In this document: positions 55,937 through 64,000 of the stretch, piece after piece
Position numbering within the stretch: position 1 is the first letter of the stretch
How the letters are laid out: each line of letters starts with the position of its first letter
Assembly: GCA_043228905.1 (NCBI GenBank)
Contig: JBHGNT010000013.1
Coordinates: forward strand, 16,616,001-16,680,000
Source of the DNA: Azolla caroliniana
Taxonomy: Eukaryota > Plantae > Polypodiophyta
Length of the DNA stretch: 64,000 bases
Reading direction: 5' to 3'
Notes under the pieces: generated by a model
Told to the model about the DNA's origin: nothing
Seen by the model: only the letters and a program-made list of their open reading frames with translations
The model's database searches: none
Program-made: the position numbers and the translations under genes

Positions 55937-56489
55937 CGTTTATTCTCTCCGACATGTTTTACATAAAATTAGAACCAGTGATATCTCTATTCAAAACTTG
56001 TCATACATGTTGTCACAATTAGGAAGTCATGTTGTCATAATTGGGTAGCCAATCATTTGTATAGTTCTCAAAATTGGCACCACTCACTCCGTCACTCTAA
56101 AGCAATGACTACAAAAAAATTATTTTACTTGGATGGTTTACAATCTTCAGTATCTGCAATAACATAAACCTATTGGACATACCAATTGTCAATATGACCA
56201 GATCATGCAGGGCATCTTTGAGCACAAGCGCTATTGATAGAATAAATTCATTAGTATATTTCAATGACGGATGAATTTATATGAGTACGACTTATTTGGA
56301 ATCCAAATCAAATTTAATAGAAGAGGCATATGTTAAGCCATTTCCAACTATTAGGATAACCTATTTCAAACCTATTAGAGAAATTGTTATTGAGTAGCTG
56401 GAGTTGTATAAGAGAATGATGTACACATATGGCTTACATCACATGCGTATTCAAACAAATCAGACTTGCACCAAGATTTAAATAGATTT

Positions 56490-56854
56490 CTCATGTATGA
56501 GTGATGTTTTGCAACAAAAATGTCATGGGATCTACTCTATATCAAGTTAGAATATAGAACTCATATCATATGCTTTCTTTGAGCGATGTTTTATGACAAA
56601 AATGTCATGGGATCCATATATGATAACTCTATGTCAAGTTAGATTATAGAATTCATCGCACATGCTTACTTTGAGCAATGTTTTGTGACAAAAATGCCAT
56701 AGAATCTACAGTATGATAACTCTATCTAAAGTTAGAATATAGAATTCATAGCACATGCTTCCTTTGAGTGACGTTTTGTGACAAAAATGTCATAGAATCC
56801 ACAGTATGATAACTCTATCTCAAGTTAGAATATGGAATTCATAGCACATGCTTC
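56490..56854. repeat. ~93-bp tandem repeat x4 between the convergent SKI2 and RMR 3' ends
   Basis: atgctt..tttgag..gttttgtgacaaaaatgtcat..tatgataactctat..aagttagaatatagaattcat with a 92-93 bp period. Confidence 0.9.
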
Positions 56855-57229
56855 CAAGTGATTGTGTCACCTGATGTTTTGGCAGATATGTCCCAGTGAC
56901 TGTCAAGTTTACACCTTGATAATGCAGAAAACTAGATGAAGGTTCAGTTTACAGACTAATGCATAATTCATTGCAAATTCTAAATTTAATATAAGTTGAA
57001 ACATGAAGCTATTCCTTATTTAAGTTTACTGAAATGAAGAGTACCCCTATAGATCATCTGCACTAAAGACTGCAATGCAATAAAGAATCAATAGTGCAAT
57101 AAAAGATATTACAATTGAAGGTACTATTTTATTAAAATAATAAGGAACATTTCTTTTATAATGTTTATCAGGATCAAGAGTAATCTTGCTGTCCAACAGA
57201 ATATAACTATAGACCAGCGTTTGGTAGGT

Positions 57230-58405
57230 TCAGCAAATACTTCCTAAATCAATAGAACATTAGATACAAAGACATCCAAGGTATGAAATATGCAATATTG
57301 ACAATGTAGACATACTCCATACCTGGTGCTCTAGCTGCTCTGTCAATTGCAATTGTTCCAATTGATGAATTTAATGGCGTTATTGAAGATCCAGTTTGCC
57401 AAGCAAATGCACTCAATAAAGAAGTGCTTTCCGAAGGATTTAATTCATTTTCTTGGTCAATAGCATTCCTCTTACAAACTGGGCAGAATGACTTACGAAC
57501 TAGCCAATTATCTATGCATGGAATATGAAAACCTGGAAACATTCACTGAAAATCTTAATAATCCATCTTTCAAATGTTGACATCCAATAAGAATAAAAAA
57601 ACAAATATCATGAGGCCATAGAAACTTCGCATCAAGGCCATTGACTGTTACTGGGTTGAATGAAATTATTGCATACCATGACTGAATGAAATGCCACAAG
57701 GAATTTTCAGAGCAGTTGGAACAATACAAATGGTCTACTATTATGAATCTGAAGGAATCTGACTGTCGGACATTAGACTACTTTTCTGGTCACTCCATAA
57801 CAAATAAAGTTCGATATGGTTAGGACATATACAATATATTGCTACAAGCAAAAACCCTTTCTTCTAAGGGCGCCTTAAGTAGAGCCATGACCAACAATCC
57901 AACCAAGACCATTTGCAGTCTCCATACAAGAAATGCAAAGCTTTCTGCTGAGCCAGTTCAGCTGGAAACAAAATATGAAATGTAGAGACAAGTTGAGTGT
58001 TAAATGTCAAACCATGCTTGCATGGCAATGCTCGAAGTTTATCTCCAGGTACATATTCTTCAAGGCATATGACACATGTCTCAGGAATTTCTCCTTCTTT
58101 CTGATGAATGGTGATGACTGGAAGAGCTTTGATCCTCTCTGTAGTTAAACCTACTGGATCCTGATGCTGGCGTAGGCTTGCTCGCCTAAGCCGTTGCCTT
58201 CGTACAAAGAAAAACGTGGATAATACAGCTGAAAATGTGAGCAATGAGATTGATGAGATGGCTAGAACTGACCAAGCACTAGTTTCAAGTGCAGGCAGCA
58301 TATATAGTTTGGCATCCTTATCATTTACAAAGTGTGATAATAAATGGCCAGCCTCTTTGGAGATGAAAACAGCAGGTATCTCAATGCCAAATCCATTCCC
58401 GGACA
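57230..58405 (-). CDS. RMR: 3' exons of a PA-domain/TM/RING-H2 protein (RMR family); 5' exons not in the window
   Basis: Exon 58405-~58015 carries the end of the PA domain (SGNGFGIEIPAVFISKEAG), a TM helix (SAWSVLAISSISLLTFSAVLSTFFFVRRQR) and CVICLEEY...LPCKH. Exon ~57532-57323 continues FHIPCIDNWL...CPVCKR. The probable last exon 57243-57230 gives GSIC*. Confidence 0.85.
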
Positions 58406-58650
58406 CTGTAATCAAGTTTTATACAAAAATATTTCAGTCCAATATGGTTTTTATGATTTGTTTTGTTTAAAATAGTTCCAGTTGACATGCGAAACCAGGA
58501 AAAAATGGCACAACTCTCTGTAGAACAAAAATATTTTATATTAATGGAATTTAAGAGGTTACTGTATTTATAGATGGATTTACTTACTTGGCAATGTTAT
58601 AATCTAATAATCTATATTTTGTCATGCATATGTGCCCAACATCAAAATTT

Positions 58651-58741
58651 CAAGATAAATGTAAACAATACTACCCAAATTGTCATGTATATAAATCAAG
58701 ATAAATGTAAACAATATTACCCAAATTGTCATGTATATAAA
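58651..58741. repeat. 46-bp tandem duplication
   Basis: caagataaatgtaaacaata.tacccaaattgtcatgtatataaa x2. Confidence 0.9.
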
Positions 58742-59416
58742 AGCCACCAACAAATTATGGCATGGACTTCAAATTGAATTTGATTGAATTGTATAAATGA
58801 TTGATTGATCGTTAGTGTATCATATTTATTAAACAATTACAGTTCACGATTAACTCTGATTTCATCACATTCAAAAATATGCTAAATAATAGCATCAAAT
58901 TGGAGTAGCCACTGAAATAATATCTTTTTGAATACAAACAGCTTATTCCCTATTTCATTAACAAACAGGCTTTTATGCTAATCAAACAACAAAGTTACTC
59001 TACACAAACTCCATAACTCACCTACAAACACGAGAACCACAATAAAAAAGAAAGAAAGAAATATTTGTAAACATCCGTGAAAGGGCAAACCTGAACTATA
59101 CCATAAAACATAGTACAATGTAGAGTAGAGCTTGTGTGTCATGATAAAAATAAAATGTAGTAATATGCATGCCAGTAGATGATGAGCAATTACTGCTATC
59201 TGCATCCATGTGAAACATACGGGACTCGGAATAGGTAATACATAGTAGCTGACGTGTCAACACTCTAACAATGAGCTCTTAATGAGATCTCACAGATGTG
59301 GGCTCCCTTGCTGTTGGTGCCAGTTGGGGAGCTTTCAAATCCCAAATAGTGTAAACTTGTTGTCCTAACATTCTGCATCTTTGTGCTCTTTGTGCTCCTG
59401 CTGGGTAGATCAACCT

Positions 59417-59830
59417 AGCCAAAATGGATTCACCACTCAGAAATGTCATGACAATTAGATCCATTTCTGTTTGTCAAGGATTTTACCTAACCCAACTGGG
59501 ACCACGCTCCTTGTACATATTGAATCACCCCATTATATATATTTTCAAGGGGCAGCAATGTCAATTACATTAGTCATGCACCAAACTTGATTGTTGGTTA
59601 TTCATGATTTGTGATTCATGATCCATCTCTGCTCATGAAGCAAGCATCCCAGCCAAAGTGGATTCATCATTCAGAAATCTCATGACAACTAGATCCATTT
59701 CGTTGTCAAGGATGTTGCCTAACCCAACTGGGACCACCCTCATACAGTGTGTGAATCAACCCATTATATATATTTTCAAAAGGCAGCAATGTGAATTTCA
59801 ATAATCAGGCACCAAACCTGATTGTTGGTT
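59417..59830. repeat. ~235-bp-period duplication next to the copia LTR end
   Basis: agccaaa.tggattca..cagaaat.tcatgacaa.tagatccatttc..cctaacccaactgggaccac..gcaccaaac.tgattgttggtt occurs twice. Confidence 0.85.
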
Positions 59831-59968
59831 TCCTGATACATTTCAGGTCATTTTATTTTAGACGCCCACATAGAAAGACATTTCTCTTTTGTTTCTTGCA
59901 GTTCCAGGTTATATGCATTTCTTTCTTTCTGTGTCTCTGGAACTTTGCAAGGAATTGCCCGAAAGTTG

Positions 59969-60230
59969 TGTTGGCACTTAAAGGTAAAGAGGGATGTTTG
60001 AGGGAGCAGCTATTTATTGATGACGTTCAGCAAACAAGACTGTAGTAGAAATGAGAGTAGAGGCACAGATTTTTGGGTGTACCCAACCGCCTTGATTGGT
60101 ACACAAGAGAAAAAGGTTATTATATTAGTTAGCCCTACAAAGAAAGAGGTGTGTTCACATTACAAAAAGAGGTGTCTTGTCCAGGTGAACAATGTGTTCA
60201 CATATACGAATAATTATTTGATTTGTGAAC
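59969..60230 (-). repeat. Putative partial 3' LTR of the copia element
   Basis: Minus strand reads a TATA-like taatataa, then aataaa, and ends ...gtgccaaCA at 59969. The 5' LTR is outside the window, so this cannot be confirmed by LTR pairing. Confidence 0.5.
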
Positions 60231-63200
60231 TACGGGCCGGGATTAGACATATAGCGACTGACAACTCCCACTGCATAATCAATATCTGGACGAGTAGCTA
60301 CCATAGCATACATTAGAGAACCACATGCTGAAGCATAAGGAATTCCCTTCATAGCATTGATTTCCATCTCATCCTTTGGACAATCAGCCTTGCTAAGTTT
60401 AAGATATGGCCGTAAAGGAACTCCAAGAGACTTTGCTTTTGCCATATTAAATTTGTTAAGCACTTTTTCAATGTACTTTTCTTGTGACAAATACAACAAA
60501 TTGTCCTTTCTGTTTCTACTAATTCTCATGCCCTAAATATGCTCTGCATTTCCCAAATCTTTCATAGAGAAGACCGATTTCAATTGATCTTTTAGAGCAT
60601 CAAGACTAGTCTTTCTTTTCCCAGCTAGCAACATATAATCCACATATAGAACAAGTATGATGGGTCTGTCATCGATATCCTTTTTCGTGTATAAACAATG
60701 ATCTGCATAGCTACGATCAAAGCCTTGAGAAAGCATAAAAGTATCAAACTTCTTATACCACTGTCGTGGTGCTTGTTTTAGGCCATACAAGCTATGTTTT
60801 AGTTTGCATACCAAATGCTCCTTGTTAGGGACTACAAAACCCTCAGGTTGTTTCATGTAGATCTCTTCATCAATATCACCATGCAAAAAAGCGGTCTTTA
60901 CATCCATTTGGTACAACTCCAAATTAAGCATTGCAGTGAGAGCAAATAACACATGAAGTGTGGTCATCTTCACAACAGGAGAGAAGACCTCTTGGAAGTC
61001 AATACCCTCCTTCTGTACATAACCCTTGGCAACTAATCTTGCCTTGTATTTTGGTTTCCCTTCAATTTCCTATACTTTATAAACCCACTTATTTGGAAGA
61101 GCTTTCCTTCCTTGAGGTAAGGACACAAGATCCCATGTATCATTTGCATATAAAGATTTTATTTCTTCTTGCATTGCAAGCTCTCACTTACTGCTAAGTT
61201 CACATGACATTGCCTCCTTATAAGTAAGAGGTTTACCCTCATCTGACAGCATGACATAATGCAAAGAGGGGTCATATCTATATACCTGCCTCCTTGAACG
61301 ATTAGACCTACGTACCCAATGATCAGTATTTTCTGGGATTGGTTCTAAATCTGGAGGAAAATCATTTTCAGCACTTTCTGGCTGTTGCAAACCATGTCCA
61401 GCATGTTCTTCGACATCTATATTTTGTTCTTCAGTACCTTCATCTCGTTGACCAATACCTTCATGAGCATCTCGTTGACCAATACCTTCATGAGCATCTC
61501 TTTGCTGTCCAACTTCTTCTGGCTCAAAGATAACCGGTCGATCATCATATTCAACCTTTGGTATAGCATCATGAGGTTTATTTTCAGATTTTGTGGATGG
61601 TTGTAATTGCTGAAATGTAACGCTCTTAGAGTTCCCAACAGAGGAACAAGCATTTTTCAGCAATTTTTCTTCATTTAAAACAACATCCCGGCTGCGTACA
61701 ATTTTTCTGGACTGAGGTAACCAAATCCTATAGCCCATTTCACCTTCATCACCATAGCCCATAAAAATGCCCATGGTCGACTTAGCATCGAGCTTATTTC
61801 TCAGCTCACTTCTAATGTGTACAAATGCATCACAACTGAAAATTCATAAATGGTCATATGAGGCAGGTTTGCCAGACCAAACCTCCTCAGGGATTCCATT
61901 CTTTAAGGACTTGTTGGGAGAACGATTACAATATGAACCGCGGGTTTTAATGCTTCTCCCCAGAATTCATGAGGGAGATTAGTTGTGGACAGCATGCACC
62001 ATACTCGCTCACACAAGGTCCGATTATATCTTTCTACCACCCCATTTGATGAAGGGTTATATGGAGTTGTAAGCTCTCTTTTAATACCATGTAAGTCACA
62101 ATAGGACTTAAATTCTGCAGATGTAAACTCATCCCCATTATCTGTTCTGAGACATTTCAATTTTGTCCCTTTTTGAGTAGTCACAAATGCATGAAAAGAT
62201 TTAAATGCATCAAATGCATCACCTTTTCTTTTCATCAAGTACACCCAAATCTTCCTAGAATAATCATCGATAAAGGAAATAAAATATGCAGCACCGCCCA
62301 ATGATTTTACAGGCATGCTACATACATCAGAATGCACCAAATCTAGCACATTTGGTTTACGAGAGATACTAGAATAATAAGAACTTCTCACTTGTTTGCC
62401 AAATAGACAATCATTACAAAAAACCAGCTTTGATCCTTTAACATCAAATCTTTTTAGAGCAGAAAGGACTTCAAGTCCTTTTTGGCTCATATGTCCTAAT
62501 CTCTTATGCCAAAGATCTCAGAGAGTCAAATTCAACAATAGCAAGAAACTTTCCAAGTAAAGCTTTACATTGCAAACAGTACAGAGTGCCCTTTTTGCAA
62601 CCTTCCACAATAACCATAGATCCCTTCTTTAGTTTCCACAATCCACCACCGAATAATGTGGTGTAACCATGCAAATCCATCTGTCCTACAGATAGCAAAC
62701 TTTTCTTAATGCTAGGGACATACCTAACATCTTTGAGCACGAGCTCTTGACCATTATCCAAAGACAAGTGTATGGTTCCAATACCATCAATATTGCAAAA
62801 ACTATTGTTACCAAGATAAACTTTTCCATAACTGCATGCGTCAAATGTGGTAAAGCACTCCAAACATGGAGTAACATCAAAAAGAAGCCCTAGAGTCTAC
62901 TATCCATGTCTGTGTCAATCCATCATCGATTGACAATAAAGCATCAATAACATCTGTTTTGGTGATTTGCATGTCTTGAACATGAGCTATGAAGGCATCA
63001 CCTGTAGTACAAAGTACATCACCATCTTCACTAGATAGGTCTTCAATGATAACATTTGAAGTCATATTAGCTTTCTCTATTGTATTAAATTTATCATCTT
63101 TATTTTTCTTCTCTCCTACATTCTTCTTCCTTTCTAGTTCCATCTTCAAATATCTACAATCAGGTTTCTTATGACCTTTACAGCCACACTGATAGCATGT

Positions 63201-64000
63201 GATATCTTGTTGCTTTCCTTTCCCTCTACTCTTACTTCTATTTCTTTGTCCTACATTTGGGTTCCTCTTATCATATCTCCCCCTAATATTGTATGCTGAA
63301 CCACTACCTTCTCAGTTAGATTGTCTTCTAATCTCTTCACTGAGAATAGAAGGTCAAGGTGGGGCTATTAGATAGTGAAACAACTAATGTTTCCCACGAA
63401 TCAGGTCAAGTCATAAGTAAGAAAATAGCTTTGAGTTTGTCATCAAAATCTAGTAATCCTGAATCTTGTAGTTGGAAGAGAGTACCTGTGAATAATGATA
63501 GATGCTCTGTTGCACCTTTCGACTCATCAAGCCTCATACTGACAAGTTTTCTCATCAAATGCACCTGATTCGCAGGAGTAGTATTCTCATAAGTTTTCTT
63601 AAGTTTCTCCCAAACTTGATGGGCAGTAATCAAGCCCTTTATATCTACAAGAATTTCATCAGAAACAGCCATTTTAATATATGTAATGGCTTTCTTATTC
63701 AGAGTGTTCCAAGCATCATATTCCATGCTCTTTGGTTTCTTTTCCACGAGAGCATCTTCACAATCTCTCAGAAAGAGGATGCCCAGCATACGCTCTCTCC
63801 ATAATTCAAAACCTTTTCCATCAAACCTCTTGATTTCAAAGAGGTTTTTCATTTCAGTTGAAGTGGAGGCCATTGCTCCCAAGATTAATGACAGATGCCT
63901 TCAGAAAATTGAGCAGAATACCAATAGGAAAGGGTCTGACAGGTTTTTTATTTTATTTTTAAAAACTGTGTTTTCTGCTGATTCTGAATCTAAAAAAAAC
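59969..64000 (-). mobile_element. Defective Ty1/copia LTR retrotransposon, continuing past the window end
   Basis: gag (FDGKGFELWRERM; knuckle CYQCGCKGHKKPDC), protease WIVDSRASF and integrase (HSDVC, IDDYSRK, LRTDNG, NGVVER). RT motifs are QMDVKTAFLHG, SLYGLKQAPRQW, YVDY and TRPDI. The domain order is copia-type, with frameshifts and no RNase H. Confidence 0.95.

Overview
Eukaryotic nuclear DNA from a land plant: short GT-AG introns, plant gene families and TTTAGGG repeats. A non-seed plant such as a fern is plausible but is only an inference. The window holds six complete protein-coding genes and one partial one. In order they are an intronless SRC2-like C2-domain gene (-), a stand-alone tRNA-binding OB-fold gene (+), PEX6 (+), a SCAB actin-binding gene (+), ARL8 (-), the SKI2 DExH helicase (+) and the 3' exons of a PA-TM-RING-H2 (RMR) gene (-). 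Mobile DNA includes a 5'-truncated RTEX-like LINE upstream of SKI2, older LINE copies in introns, tRNA-derived SINE-like remnants and a defective Ty1/copia element. There are also more than 10 unrelated local tandem duplications. I found no clearly novel multi-gene system. The best leads are two candidate decoy/poison exons in SKI2 introns, a repeated ~170-bp element made of two inverted tRNA-like modules at both ends of the ARL8/SKI2 divergent promoter, a LINE ORF broken only by in-frame stops, sense-strand poly(C) tracts before most start codons, and two unusual splice sites. All exon boundaries were read by eye and may be off by a few bases.
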